Virus record (IMG/VR): IMGVR_UViG_3300028833_000144
Location: 10,008 to 74,007 of that record
Length of the DNA stretch: 64,000 bases
Strand: one strand, 5' to 3'
Origin: a virus
Taxonomy: Duplodnaviria; Caudoviricetes
The notes below the pieces were generated by a model. That model saw only the letters and a program-made list of their open reading frames with translations. It was not told the DNA's origin and did no database searches. This document shows, one piece after another, positions 38,002-47,777 of the stretch. Position 1 is the stretch's first letter; each line of letters begins with the position of its first letter. Made by a program: the position numbers and the translations under genes.

Positions 38002-39311
38002 ATGTGCTTATAATCATAAGCAGTCATTCTTTTAATCTTCTTAATGCTTGATCTTGGTTCTATCTTTCGAAAAGCCTTTTTACATTCTTCTGTACTATCA
38101 GCATCATAGTTAGCCATGATCCTTTTGAATCCTTTACTATCCAGGTATTCAATTACATATACATATTCTTCCATGTGTTAATCCTCGTTATATAATTCTA
38201 CTGATAATCTGTATCTTTCTGCATCTAGGTCAGAAAAGAATCCGTCATCTTCTAGGTTCTTTATTTGTTCATCTGTAAGTTTGTGTTCCTTTTCGTATTC
38301 CTTGCATCTATCTATTCTTACATTAGGAACGCCATAAGCTTCCATATTATTTCTACATTCATCTTTATTTTTACAAGTAGTACAGATAGATTTCATTCTC
38401 TTTTCTCCTCTCCCGAGTTATAGATAGTTTCTTCTCCTACCTGAATACCAAATGCTTCATGCATATTAAAACCTTTAATTCTTACATTGTACTCGGGCTT
38501 ATTATCCTTATTAGTAATATATACTCCTGTTACTTCTCCTATTATAAGAACTGTATCTCCTACTTTATGTTCTATTTTCATTTCTGTATCTCCTTTAATT
38601 CTGTTCCGCAGTATTCACAATAAACTACATCTATGTAACGTCTGCCACATTCGGGACAAAACATATTATTAGAATTATATTTAGTGTCCATACGCACTAA
38701 ACCAAAAAACATACCAAGAGCAAGTGAAACAATTATAATAACAATTATCGCAAGTATAAATTTAAAATTCTCCCATTCATAGTTACTCATTCTCTGTCCT
38801 CCTCGTCAAACCCTAACCACTCGTTCTCGGATATTACACCTGCGATATATTCCACATCTTCTGTGGTAATTACCTGACCTTTGCTCTGTAAAACAACTAT
38901 CAGTCTTTTCATATCGTCAGTCATTGTGTATCCCCCTCATACCTGTCCGTCTGTACTTAGGGTGTGCCTCCACTTCTTTCCATTCAATACCTTCCACTTC
39001 AACCTTATGCTCTTTGTGTTTTGCAGGGATAGTCTGTAAGATGTTTCCCTTATCGTCCTGTATTACAATCTCATACTTCCGCATTATCATTCTCCTTCAA
39101 ACACTATCTTAAATCTCTCCATATCGCAGTATTCAAATTGTCCACACTCGTCACAAAGAATTAAACTTCCGTCCTGCAAGATAGCAAATCCTTCCATATC
39201 ACAGTACATTAGTTTATTCGCCCACTTCTCATGCAAAGCAATTTCATACTCGTTTGCTTCTTTTCCCGTTCTACTATCAATAACAATAAAAGGTCTAGGT
39301 TTATTAGTCAT
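38002..39311 (-). CDS. Run of small hypothetical genes (38178-38396, 38393-38581, 38578-38790 TM+Zn-ribbon, 39087-39311 and shorter ones)
   Basis: Coupled ORFs with RBS. Confidence 0.6.
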
Positions 39312-39808
39312 GTTTCCTCATCTATCATAGGTTCTGCTATGGAAAAGTAATTTCCTCCAATGCAGTCATACGCCTCATATCCGCTAAAGTAATTCCTGCA
39401 ATTAAAGAAAAGTACCCAGGGATATTCCTCTCCGCTATTTATCCACGCTACCGCTTCAATTACTGCTTGATCCGATAAATCTGTTCTCTGTGTTACGCTA
39501 TGTCCATTCCTTACCGTACTGAATTGACCTCGCTGCGTGAGAACTTCTGTAATAGTGTCCGGAAATCTACTGTCCATTACTCTACACAAAATACAAAGTG
39601 CTATGTATCTTCTACCCTCTGTACTGTCAGTACATCGGTTACTCTCTGCTTCGGTTACAGAACTGATTAGGATAAATTCATCTAGTTCCATACCTGCCAT
39701 TTCTGCTCTTTGTTCTATTGATAATGCTTCAATAGGTACATCTTCTTTAAACATAAAGATGTTTATTCCCATTGAAGCAATAGTTAAAAGTACCACTAAT
39801 TTGTTCAT
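39308..39808 (-). CDS. SleB-like cell-wall hydrolase (Hydrolase_2)
   Basis: TEAES..A..ILCRV.DSRFPDTITEVLTQRGQFS; N-terminal signal-like helix. Confidence 0.8.
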   Translation of the reverse strand: MNKLVVLLTIASMGINIFMFKEDVPIEALSIEQRAEMAGMELDEFILISSVTEAESNRCTDSTEGRRYIALCILCRVMDSRFPDTITEVLTQRGQFSTVRNGHSVTQRTDLSDQAVIEAVAWINSGEEYPWVLFFNCRNYFSGYEAYDCIGGNYFSIAEPMIDEET

Positions 39809-39925
39809 TCTATACCTCCTGTGGTTTGCATCATCTTCTTTATATTACATCTATTGTGGTTTATCGTCAACCACAAAAGAATTATTGTAATGTATCTGTA
39901 ATAAAGAGATGAAGCAAGATATTGT

Positions 39926-40207
39926 TTATGTTTTATCTGATTTAACATTCTTCTGATAGCGTTGAGTTACACTTCCCATTACGCCACTTCTACCTTTAGG
40001 CTTTGTTTCCTTAAATCTTTTAAGAGTATCAATATCCTTTTGTGTCCATACCTTTTGTCTGCGGACATTTAAGGTTATAGGCTCCGGCAATATCTTGGCG
40101 TATTCGTCATCGGGATTTTCTTTCTTAAATCTGTACCAATTATTAATAGTTTGCAAAGATACTCCCACGGCAACACATACTTCTTCTTTTGTAAACATCG
40201 GCTTCAT
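39926..40207 (-). CDS. MerR-like HTH DNA-binding protein
   Basis: EVCVAVGVSLQTINNWY..P.P...RQKVWTQKDI. Confidence 0.65.
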   Translation of the reverse strand: MKPMFTKEEVCVAVGVSLQTINNWYRFKKENPDDEYAKILPEPITLNVRRQKVWTQKDIDTLKRFKETKPKGRSGVMGSVTQRYQKNVKSDKT

Positions 40208-40224
40208 TACTCATACCTCCATGA

Positions 40225-40258
40225 TAAATATTATAGTACACGTTTGTTATGTTAGCAA
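40225..40258 (-). promoter_or_regulatory. sigmaA promoter
   Basis: TTGCTA-17-TATAAT; shares 21/22 bp with the promoter at 15683-15704. Confidence 0.7.
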
Positions 40259-41713
40259 ATAGTTAATAAGGGTTGTTTTATCTAATTCAGAACTTCCGTT
40301 TATCAGAATATTAGACATTTCTCCTCGCATTTCTACAAGGTGGTGTACTCTTTCATCTATCGTGTCTTTGCACATAAGAGTATAGATAGTGATGTTATGA
40401 GTAGCCCCTATTCTATGAAGTCTATCGAGTGCTTGATTCTTTCTTTCCATATTCGTAGGTTCGTCAAGGAAGATGACTACTTCTCCTGCGTATAGATCAA
40501 TTCCATATCCCATAGCACCGATAGTGCCTATGACAAACTCTACGCTATCATCGTTCTGGAACAACTCTTTATTCTCATAGCGTTCATTATCACTAATATC
40601 TCCTGTAATGATTACGCCCTTATGTTTCCTGGATAGTCTTTCATAAGCAGGGTTCACAATTTGAGTCCAAAGAGAGAATATGACAACCTTCTTTCCGTTG
40701 CTTACTGCATTATCAACTATCTCTTCCATCCTATCGAACTTCGCAGATACTTTCACATCGGAAAGAATACCCGTATATCCCGTTGCCTGTCTTGCTCTTA
40801 TAAATTCAGTAAGAGGATTAGCAGACTTCTTTATTCTGTCTATATTCTTAACAAGCGTTCTTTTTTCTCCGTTGTATATTCTTGCCTGTTTACTGCTCAT
40901 TTCAACATATTCATCAACAAACAGTTTATCCGGAAGATCAAGTGTTTCTTCTTTCAATCTGCGTAACATCATCGTATCGAGAATAGAAGATAATTCGTCA
41001 AGATGTTTATAGCCTAATATCTCCTTGCCGTTATATCCTCCCATCTTGCAATAATGATACTTAAACTTCCCGTAAGGATCGTTGTAATATCCAAGCCACC
41101 TTAACGACATATAAATATCAAGAGGAGAATTTTCTACAGGAGTTCCGGTTATAGCTATTTGAACAGGGGTATGAAGTTTTAAAATCTGTTTAGCCTGTTC
41201 TGTATTGTCATTCTTACAGATACTAAATTCATCTATTGCTATCATTTCTATTTGCCCTGTTTCACATAACTCTTGCAGTTTTTCTGTAATAGGATAACTG
41301 TATTTGTCAACAGTCTTAATTCTCCCTCTTATTACCTTTTCTACCTTTTCTCCTGTGGGTATTCTGTATTTAAGAGTTTCAATGTTGGTAATAATAAAAC
41401 GAGGTAATTCATCTATCCTGTTTAAATCTTCTAACCTCTGTATATTACTTCCGATAGAATTACCTCTTTGTCCGAGAATATAACCCTCTTCATAAGAATG
41501 TTTATGTATTTCATTAAGCCAATTCCATTTAAGACCATTCACGCAGCATATAATAAGACAATGCTTTACTTTCCGTATATCAGCGATGCAGATAGTCTGT
41601 TGACTTTTTCCAAGTCCCATCTGATCTGCAAGAAGCCACTTATCGTGAGCAAGTCCGTATTCTATCCCTTCAAGTTGATGTTTAAAAGGTTGTAGTTTAA
41701 ACGAAAAATCCAT
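40247..41713 (-). CDS. SNF2-family helicase
   Basis: LADQMGLGKS, IAIDEF, TGTPVEN, MLRRLK, QALDRLHRIG. Confidence 0.9.
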   Translation of the reverse strand: MDFSFKLQPFKHQLEGIEYGLAHDKWLLADQMGLGKSQQTICIADIRKVKHCLIICCVNGLKWNWLNEIHKHSYEEGYILGQRGNSIGSNIQRLEDLNRIDELPRFIITNIETLKYRIPTGEKVEKVIRGRIKTVDKYSYPITEKLQELCETGQIEMIAIDEFSICKNDNTEQAKQILKLHTPVQIAITGTPVENSPLDIYMSLRWLGYYNDPYGKFKYHYCKMGGYNGKEILGYKHLDELSSILDTMMLRRLKEETLDLPDKLFVDEYVEMSSKQARIYNGEKRTLVKNIDRIKKSANPLTEFIRARQATGYTGILSDVKVSAKFDRMEEIVDNAVSNGKKVVIFSLWTQIVNPAYERLSRKHKGVIITGDISDNERYENKELFQNDDSVEFVIGTIGAMGYGIDLYAGEVVIFLDEPTNMERKNQALDRLHRIGATHNITIYTLMCKDTIDERVHHLVEMRGEMSNILINGSSELDKTTLINYLLT

Positions 41714-41735
41714 AACGCCCCCCTTTTTATGTTAA

Positions 41736-41767
41736 TAAAAAAGAGATGGTATTTCTACCATCTCTTT
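41736..41767 (-). terminator. Intrinsic terminator after the six-gene cassette
   Basis: AAAGAGATGGTA-GAAA-TACCATCTCTTT plus U run. Confidence 0.85.
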
Positions 41768-41828
41768 CCCTAAGAAGTACAGTATTGGATTCAAGGGAAT
41801 CAACTGATTCAATAAGATAATTATAACC

Positions 41829-42311
41829 TTATCTCTTCATCTGCTCAATAGCTCTACGATAAGATTCTCTTTCCTCTTCGTTACGAGCATTACGCATCAT
41901 TTCCTCAAGATGTCCTATCATATCTTCTTTCCCATGTCTGCTATAGCCATCGTCATATGAACCACGACTTGTATAACGACCCATAGAATCACGACCTCTG
42001 CGATAAGAGCTATCTTCACTATATCTGCCATCTCCGTCACCATCTCTACCACGCCTACCGTCATAAGAAGTGCGGTAAGAGCCGTAAGCATTTGCATAAT
42101 CCTCTGAATAACCACGAGAGTAATCCCTTGCGTAATCACGAGAATAACCTTCTTGCTCTGCTTTGTGCATAGCATCAACAGTCGTAATATCCTTAATAAC
42201 ATCGACCATCTTATAGATGTTATCGAGGTCAGCAGAAGATATTTCTTCTTTCTTTGAAATAGACTTGAGTTCATCTTCCATTATGTCTTGAATGTCATAT
42301 AAAGCCTTCAT
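41829..42311 (-). CDS. Conserved phage protein with Tyr/Arg/Asp-rich RGRDSMGRY repeats
   Basis: Low-complexity YSRDY and RRGRD repeats. Confidence 0.7.
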   Translation of the reverse strand: MKALYDIQDIMEDELKSISKKEEISSADLDNIYKMVDVIKDITTVDAMHKAEQEGYSRDYARDYSRGYSEDYANAYGSYRTSYDGRRGRDGDGDGRYSEDSSYRRGRDSMGRYTSRGSYDDGYSRHGKEDMIGHLEEMMRNARNEEERESYRRAIEQMKR

Positions 42312-42328
42312 CTTGCAATCCTCCTTCC

Positions 42329-42784
42329 TTATGCAATTCTTTCAACAGATATTGAAGCGTTACGTCTAACTGTTATCGAGGGAGTAGGTGTTACCGCAGG
42401 ATCATCTTCTGTACCATCAACATACCTTCCTGAAACTGTCATACAACAGCCACAGGGAATAGTTATGATCGCTACAGTATTGATATGCGTGTAATCTTCT
42501 ACCGCCGCAGGAGTAACAATGGCTACACTTTCGGGTATCGTAACCCCATCAAGCGTAATACCGAGGGCAATAGGTGTGACCGCTCCACCTGTCGGGATCG
42601 CCACATTTGCCTGCATCGTAACTTTGTATCTTGCAAATCTGTTCGGAGTATTACCTTTGAGAATAAGAATCCCAGGGGCAGCAGGAATAACGTGTCCTGC
42701 ATTGCAAGGAATAGAAACACTATTGAACGGAATAGTACCATTTAACGCAACAGTAGCATCCGCAGTAGTTATATATTCTGCCAT
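42329..42784 (-). CDS. Conserved beta-rich phage protein
   Basis: 151 aa; IPCGCC motif; member of the cassette. Confidence 0.7.
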   Translation of the reverse strand: MAEYITTADATVALNGTIPFNSVSIPCNAGHVIPAAPGILILKGNTPNRFARYKVTMQANVAIPTGGAVTPIALGITLDGVTIPESVAIVTPAAVEDYTHINTVAIITIPCGCCMTVSGRYVDGTEDDPAVTPTPSITVRRNASISVERIA

Positions 42785-42797
42785 AGGTCATTCCTCC

Positions 42798-43658
42798 TTA
42801 ATTGTAGAAGCTACCATTGCATCCGCAACCGGAGTTCTGATTGCAAGTGAAGATAGGTGTTCTGCCATAGACCGGAGTTGTCGGAACAGGACAGTTATTC
42901 AGCCTGTTGTAAAGCTGATCTACCTCATTCGCAAAGCCCTGTGAGATAAGAGCATTCTGCGCCGTCTGGCTTTCCCTAAAGTTTGCCGCCGTGAGCTGTG
43001 TTCTGAGGCTGTCGTTCTCCCTCTTGTAACCGTCAAGTTCAAGCTGGCAAAGCTTATCAAGGATAGCCTGTGTACCATTGCTCTGGCTCTGGATGATGTC
43101 TCTTGTGTTATTCGCATCAGCAAATCTTGTAGCAGCACTCTCACTCTGAATGATGTTCTGTGTCTGACAAGTAGCAAGACGCTGATCACAACAGCACTGT
43201 GCCAACTGCGATCCAAGAGAATTAAATCCCTGATTCATAGCTGTCTGCATACCAAATGCCGTCTGCATATTAGCTATCTGACGAGCGTTAGCAGAAGATT
43301 CAGCGTTAGAGAAACCGTTAGCAAGAGCCATCTGCATATCTCCGCAACAACCGCAAAGTTGTGTAGAAAGACTGCTTATTCCATCTCTAATGCTTGTGAT
43401 ACCGTCATTGAGCATAGCATCTCTGAAACCTGCATTAGTGTTTGTATTAATTCCCTGCTGTCCATTAAGAAGCCAAGGAAATTCATACATTCCGCCTCCG
43501 AAGCCACCTCCGAAGCCATTACCCCAACCGCCACCTGCGAACAAGAGCAGTAAGAGAATCCACCAACCATCGTAACCGAATGAGTTACCGAATCCACTAC
43601 CCATGCCACCATACATAGGTGCTACAGGCATTACCATGTTTTCTGAACCATTTGTCAT
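42798..43658 (-). CDS. Conserved Gly-rich/TM, CCC-motif coiled-coil phage protein
   Basis: WWILLLLLFAGGGWG, AQCCCD, ILDKLC, final Cys-rich tail. Confidence 0.75.
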   Translation of the reverse strand: MTNGSENMVMPVAPMYGGMGSGFGNSFGYDGWWILLLLLFAGGGWGNGFGGGFGGGMYEFPWLLNGQQGINTNTNAGFRDAMLNDGITSIRDGISSLSTQLCGCCGDMQMALANGFSNAESSANARQIANMQTAFGMQTAMNQGFNSLGSQLAQCCCDQRLATCQTQNIIQSESAATRFADANNTRDIIQSQSNGTQAILDKLCQLELDGYKRENDSLRTQLTAANFRESQTAQNALISQGFANEVDQLYNRLNNCPVPTTPVYGRTPIFTCNQNSGCGCNGSFYN

Positions 43659-43948
43659 TGTTTTTCTCCTTTTCTAAAGAATTTTTATTTCTCTATCGTT
43701 GCAACTAATAGAAATCGAATTAAATAACTCGTTTATCGAGTTAAGTTCGTTGAATGAGAATTAAAAATACGTTAGAATGAAGATGGTACGGGTGTGTCAT
43801 CTTCGTACTTTTCTAACTCTCACACCTCGTAGCTATTCGCCCAACCCCCGAAGCTACGAGGTTTATTTCTGTAAATAACTGCAAATAAATGCAAAATAAC
43901 TTAAAATTTTGCAAAAAATCTGCAAAAAACGCAGTTAAATTTCAAAAA

Positions 43949-44179
43949 TCAACCTTTAAATAAGTTTTGAAACTGCGGATTATTCTTCATCTGCATAACT
44001 CTGTTCACTTGTTCTTGTGATACTTGACCACTATTAAGTAAGTGTTGAATAATCTGATTAGGATCATTCATTCCTTGAGGAATATTAAATCTCTGAGATA
44101 ACATAGCCATAGGATTTTGCTTAAACTGATTAAGTATAGTCATAAAGTTATTGTCATTAGGTTGTATGGGTGCTGCCAT
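43949..44179 (-). CDS. Gln/Asn/Met-rich small protein
   Basis: QFKQNPMAML..QHLLNSGQVSQEQ. Confidence 0.7.
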   Translation of the reverse strand: MAAPIQPNDNNFMTILNQFKQNPMAMLSQRFNIPQGMNDPNQIIQHLLNSGQVSQEQVNRVMQMKNNPQFQNLFKG

Positions 44180-44609
44180 AGTTTTCCTCCTTCTGTCGCT
44201 TTTGCTGACTATTACTATTCTGTCTTTGCTTTATAGCTTGTGTTATTTCGCTCTTGAACGCATCAAATTCGCTTCTGCTTACATAATCCGTATTCTCTGT
44301 CGGTTGAGTTTGAGCAACGCTATTTGAAGGGGCATTTGCTGTACGCTCTTTGTAATCAAAGATACGCAAAGGTTGTGGCATACCGGAATTATCCATAGTT
44401 TTTATAAAGAAGATAGGTTCATCTCGATCGAATAACCACATACGCATACCAGGTGCTACGGGATAAGCGTTAGCACTTGCTTCTCCACCTTGAATCCAGG
44501 CAAGAGAATTATTCTGTTGCGGTTGCTGAATGTTTTGTTGAACCGGATAACTTATTTGCTGCGGTTGATAGTAGGAATTAAAATAACCATTAGGATAAGC
44601 CATAATCAA
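44157..44609 (-). CDS. Gln-rich conserved phage protein
   Basis: WIQG..ANAYPVAPG..LFD..FFIKTMD.SGMP. Confidence 0.7.
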   Translation of the reverse strand: MIMAYPNGYFNSYYQPQQISYPVQQNIQQPQQNNSLAWIQGGEASANAYPVAPGMRMWLFDRDEPIFFIKTMDNSGMPQPLRIFDYKERTANAPSNSVAQTQPTENTDYVSRSEFDAFKSEITQAIKQRQNSNSQQKRQKEENYGSTHTT

Positions 44610-44986
44610 TACTCCTTTTCAAAGTAATAAAGAACTATCTCGTCCCCACTATCCCAAGAATCATAGTAGTTACCATCTATGCAAGTAACAACGTGACTTT
44701 GGCAAGTGAGAACATAACTACCTTTAGGGTGTTCATCGGCAAATTGAGCAACTGTAGTACATTTAGGACAAACAGAATCAATCGTCTTTTGAACATATCC
44801 ATACTTTCTCAAAAACATTCCCCATACGTAATTAGACGATGGCATATCTGCATAAATCAGTCCTTCTGAACACAATCCGAGATATGCTTCTTCCCAATTT
44901 TTCCCTGTAGCTTTACTGACTGCTCGTACAGAGCAATCTCCTACACGTTGATTACGAGGATTGTCATTGAAATAAACATAGGGCAT
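44606..44986 (-). CDS. Papain-like/C39-like small peptidase candidate
   Basis: NP...VGDCSVRA...HVVTCIDG..YDSWDS (Cys...His...Asp). Confidence 0.55.
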   Translation of the reverse strand: MPYVYFNDNPRNQRVGDCSVRAVSKATGKNWEEAYLGLCSEGLIYADMPSSNYVWGMFLRKYGYVQKTIDSVCPKCTTVAQFADEHPKGSYVLTCQSHVVTCIDGNYYDSWDSGDEIVLYYFEKEY

Positions 44987-45089
44987 ATAGTAAACCTCCT
45001 ATATGTCCTATTTTGTCAAAATATAATGTTCGTTAAAATGAAATATCCGTGTAACTTTCTTGCAATTTAAGATAAATTTACGGGTAATT

Positions 45090-45124
45090 AAAAACCCTTG
45101 TGCGTTCCAGACACAAAGGTTTTA
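45090..45124 (-). terminator. Intrinsic terminator
   Basis: CCTTTGTG/CACAAGGG stem plus U run on the minus strand. Confidence 0.65.
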
Positions 45125-45135
45125 ATTAAAAGGAA

Positions 45136-45339
45136 TTAGATATGTTTAAAAAGTTTGGACTCGCATTTTGATACGATATTCTTTATCTGTTTAACCGACA
45201 TATTCATTTCATCAGCAAGAGGTTCATAACAGATACCATCTATAAGCCTACGCTTGAGTATCTTTCTATCTCGTTCTGAATGAATCCACTCGTCTATCTC
45301 GTGTTCTATCTGAGAATTGGTAATATTCTCATAGTTCAT
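45136..45339 (-). CDS. Sigma region-4-like HTH protein
   Basis: SERDRKILKRRLIDG..YEPLADEMNMS. Confidence 0.7.
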   Translation of the reverse strand: MNYENITNSQIEHEIDEWIHSERDRKILKRRLIDGICYEPLADEMNMSVKQIKNIVSKCESKLFKHI

Positions 45340-45369
45340 CTTCTTCTACGCCTTGTTCCGTTACTACCA

Positions 45370-45687
45370 TTACGGCGTACTCTCGAATTGCTCCTGCGTC
45401 TGCGGATCGTTACTGTTTGTGCCATAATCAACATCTCCTGCTCCTACGATATTAACTCCATCTCCGTCTTGAGAAGCCTCTACTTCGATGTAGTCATCAC
45501 TAACATAGTCATACTGATTCCAAAAATACAACCATGCAGCGTTTGTTGCGATCAAGGCAATAATGAGAAATATTATGATTCTATTACGCCAAAGATCATT
45601 TCTCTCGTCTTTTGCCTGCATACGTTCAAAAGCGATACGGCTCATAATGATATTATCATTGTTTTCCATATTTTTACCTCCATTCAT
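45370..45687 (-). CDS. Single-pass membrane protein
   Basis: IIIFLIIALIATNAAWLYFW helix; acidic tail. Confidence 0.7.
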   Translation of the reverse strand: MNGGKNMENNDNIIMSRIAFERMQAKDERNDLWRNRIIIFLIIALIATNAAWLYFWNQYDYVSDDYIEVEASQDGDGVNIVGAGDVDYGTNSNDPQTQEQFESTP

Positions 45688-45760
45688 GTGAAAGATTTTC
45701 CACGTTGCACTTTTAGTTTAACTTACCGGAAGTTCAATATCAACAAATTCTTTGTAAACT

Positions 45761-45790
45761 AAAACCCTCACGATACGGAATGAGGGTTTT
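45761..45790 (-). terminator. Intrinsic terminator after the endolysin
   Basis: AAAACCCTCA...TGAGGGTTTT. Confidence 0.75.
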
Positions 45791-45854
45791 AATGATGATG
45801 CGCCACATAAAAAGGAGGTTTATAGTTATGGGTTTGATCCGTATCTTCTCCTAG

Positions 45855-46559
45855 TTATCCTTTAAGCAGATAGTTCCAGGTCTTTTGTCCGCATATATCA
45901 TCAATGTTTTGAATGATACCCTTCTTCTGCATTTCAACTTGAACATTATGAACGGCATATCTTACGTTTTTACCAAAATCGCAGTCAACAGTAAGAGGCT
46001 TGCCGTTTTCGCCCTTGAAATTCTTTCCATTGAGTATAATTTGAAGTGTACCTACTTCATAACACTTTGAACCTAACTGTAATACAGGCATTTCTACTGT
46101 CACGGTCTTAATCTCCTTATCTTCTCTGTATCTTAAAACGTAATCCCAACCTTTTGAAAATTCATAGAATTTACCGACTGCTATTTCCCAACCTGTTTGG
46201 TCGCCGTCTTTTCCGTTATAGATACCGCCCTTTTCGTTACAAGACGCTTGTACTATCTGACCATTACCGATAAATATACAAGTATGCTTCTTCTCGTTAA
46301 GAAGTACATCTCCTTTTAAAAGTAACATACCTTTTGTGTACTTAATATCTTGAAAGCCACATTTCTTAAAAGCACTACGCATATTTTCTGTATATGACGC
46401 ACCTGCTTCTTTTACTTTCAGTCCTGCTTCTTCGTATGCTTGGATAACAAGGCTAGAGCAGTCATAATCAACGCCCCAACGTCCTATTTGGTCGTAACCA
46501 TGAGAATTATCATTAGCAATACCTACTGCCCAATTAACTGCTTTATCAATGATAGTCAT
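45855..46559 (-). CDS. Endolysin (NlpC/P60-like catalytic domain plus PG-binding domain)
   Basis: YDCSSLV, GDVLLN..HT; LTVDCDFG...VDDICG.KTW-type tail. Confidence 0.85.
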   Translation of the reverse strand: MTIIDKAVNWAVGIANDNSHGYDQIGRWGVDYDCSSLVIQAYEEAGLKVKEAGASYTENMRSAFKKCGFQDIKYTKGMLLLKGDVLLNEKKHTCIFIGNGQIVQASCNEKGGIYNGKDGDQTGWEIAVGKFYEFSKGWDYVLRYREDKEIKTVTVEMPVLQLGSKCYEVGTLQIILNGKNFKGENGKPLTVDCDFGKNVRYAVHNVQVEMQKKGIIQNIDDICGQKTWNYLLKG

Positions 46560-46921
46560 GCTTTAGCCTCTCTTTCTTCTCTGCTCTTAACGTATTCACG
46601 AACTTCATCTATACGATTAAAAGCGGTCTTGAGGTCACGCTTGATAACTGCTATTTCTTCCCCATGCTCCGCAAGTGTCTTATTCATAGCCTTTATATCT
46701 GCTCTTGTTTCGTTTGTAGTAGCACATACTTGGTCTAATTTCATATTAGCCTTAAATATGCCCGACCGCATTTCAGATAACTCTTTCTCATCTTCTTTAA
46801 TATCAGTCTTACCATTACGCACTTGAGCGAGAATAAAGGTGGTAACACCCACTATCATAGCGATAGCAGAAATACCCGTCTTTATGAGTTCGTTAATGTC
46901 TATCTCGTTACTAAGTACCAT
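46556..46921 (-). CDS. Lysis-cassette TM plus coiled-coil protein
   Basis: One TM helix, coiled coil, KTAFNRIDE; between holin and lysin. Confidence 0.6.
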   Translation of the reverse strand: MVLSNEIDINELIKTGISAIAMIVGVTTFILAQVRNGKTDIKEDEKELSEMRSGIFKANMKLDQVCATTNETRADIKAMNKTLAEHGEEIAVIKRDLKTAFNRIDEVREYVKSREEREAKA

Positions 46922-46922
46922 T

Positions 46923-47126
46923 TCAGTCCTCTACTTCGGGCAAGCCTGCAAGAGATGTAGCAAGAGAGAGAATAGACGCTAGGGCGGATGCAGAGAGTAC
47001 ATACACCCAATTAACATCTTGAAGCACAACAGAACAACCCACGCCTGCAACAAAGGCTTGAAAAAAAGTCTTAATTGCTCTAACGCCTGCTTTTTCCCAC
47101 CATTCTTTACTTTTAAGATATTTCAT
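46923..47126 (-). CDS. Holin (r1t family)
   Basis: WEKAGVRAIKTFFQ..VNW..SLATSLAGLPEV. Confidence 0.85.
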   Translation of the reverse strand: MKYLKSKEWWEKAGVRAIKTFFQAFVAGVGCSVVLQDVNWVYVLSASALASILSLATSLAGLPEVED

Positions 47127-47164
47127 AGTCTTAATCCTCCCTTCACTTAAAGTATAACACGAAG

Positions 47165-47260
47165 TTATATTTCCTTATACAACACACTCGCAATAAACGC
47201 AATTACAGGAACGGCTATCTCGCCTATGGTACGGATAATGTCGTAGGTTTTATTAGTCAT
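47165..47260 (-). pseudogene. Truncated Dp-1-type holin (31 aa)
   Basis: MTNKTYDIIRTIGEIAVPVIAFIASVL then an abrupt YKEI-stop. Confidence 0.55.
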
Positions 47261-47271
47261 TGTGAGTCTCC

Positions 47272-47385
47272 TTATTTTAACTCGTCAGCGTCAAGTAAAG
47301 CCTTAACTGCCTCATACCACCTTGCAGGTACTTCTTCAAGCGTCATTTCTCCTGCCTTTATGCGTCTGTAATATATTTTCGCCAT
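47272..47385 (-). CDS. XkdX/CD1375-like small protein (not in ORF track)
   Basis: MAKIYYRRIKAGEMTLEEVPARWYEAV. Confidence 0.75.
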   Translation of the reverse strand: MAKIYYRRIKAGEMTLEEVPARWYEAVKALLDADELK

Positions 47386-47386
47386 A

Positions 47387-47662
47387 TTACTCACCTCCTA
47401 CGATAATTCCTGCAAGCTCTGTAAGTGCGGAAAACACATCGTCAAGAGCCACATCATGCCCCTGAACAGATTGGAATATCTCCCAGTCCTCTTTGGCTAT
47501 TTTCTTTTCCAAGAAGTGCCAATGCGGCTCGATGCGCTCTCCGTCTCCTTCGATGAACTCGAAGTCTTTACGAACTCTTACCCACCTTCTGTCTGTGAAC
47601 ACCACAGAATCGGGTTGATGTTCTCTGTCCGATGTGTCGTATGCGTCATACCAACTTAACAT
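47387..47662 (-). CDS. Small tail-fibre-associated protein
   Basis: GGAGG RBS; typical position before XkdX-like genes. Confidence 0.55.
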   Translation of the reverse strand: MLSWYDAYDTSDREHQPDSVVFTDRRWVRVRKDFEFIEGDGERIEPHWHFLEKKIAKEDWEIFQSVQGHDVALDDVFSALTELAGIIVGGE

Positions 47663-47702
47663 GATGCTTTACCTCCATTTGGTTATGTATTCTTTGCCAA
47701 TG

Positions 47703-47728
47703 TGTTGTTGCAATTACCGTCGTAAATC
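47703..47728 (-). repeat. Probable DGR template-region remnant
   Basis: 26 nt align to 47870-47895 with 8 mismatches, 7 of them at adenines of this copy. Confidence 0.55.
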
Positions 47729-47777
47729 GTGAGAATTTTCGTGCTACGTAAACCCATATATCAAAGTTCCTTTACTA

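Noticed and set aside
41829-42311. CRISPR-like or tandem DNA array
   Set aside because: The repeats are protein-level (YSRDY, RRGRD) inside an ORF. No repeat-spacer array was seen anywhere in the window.
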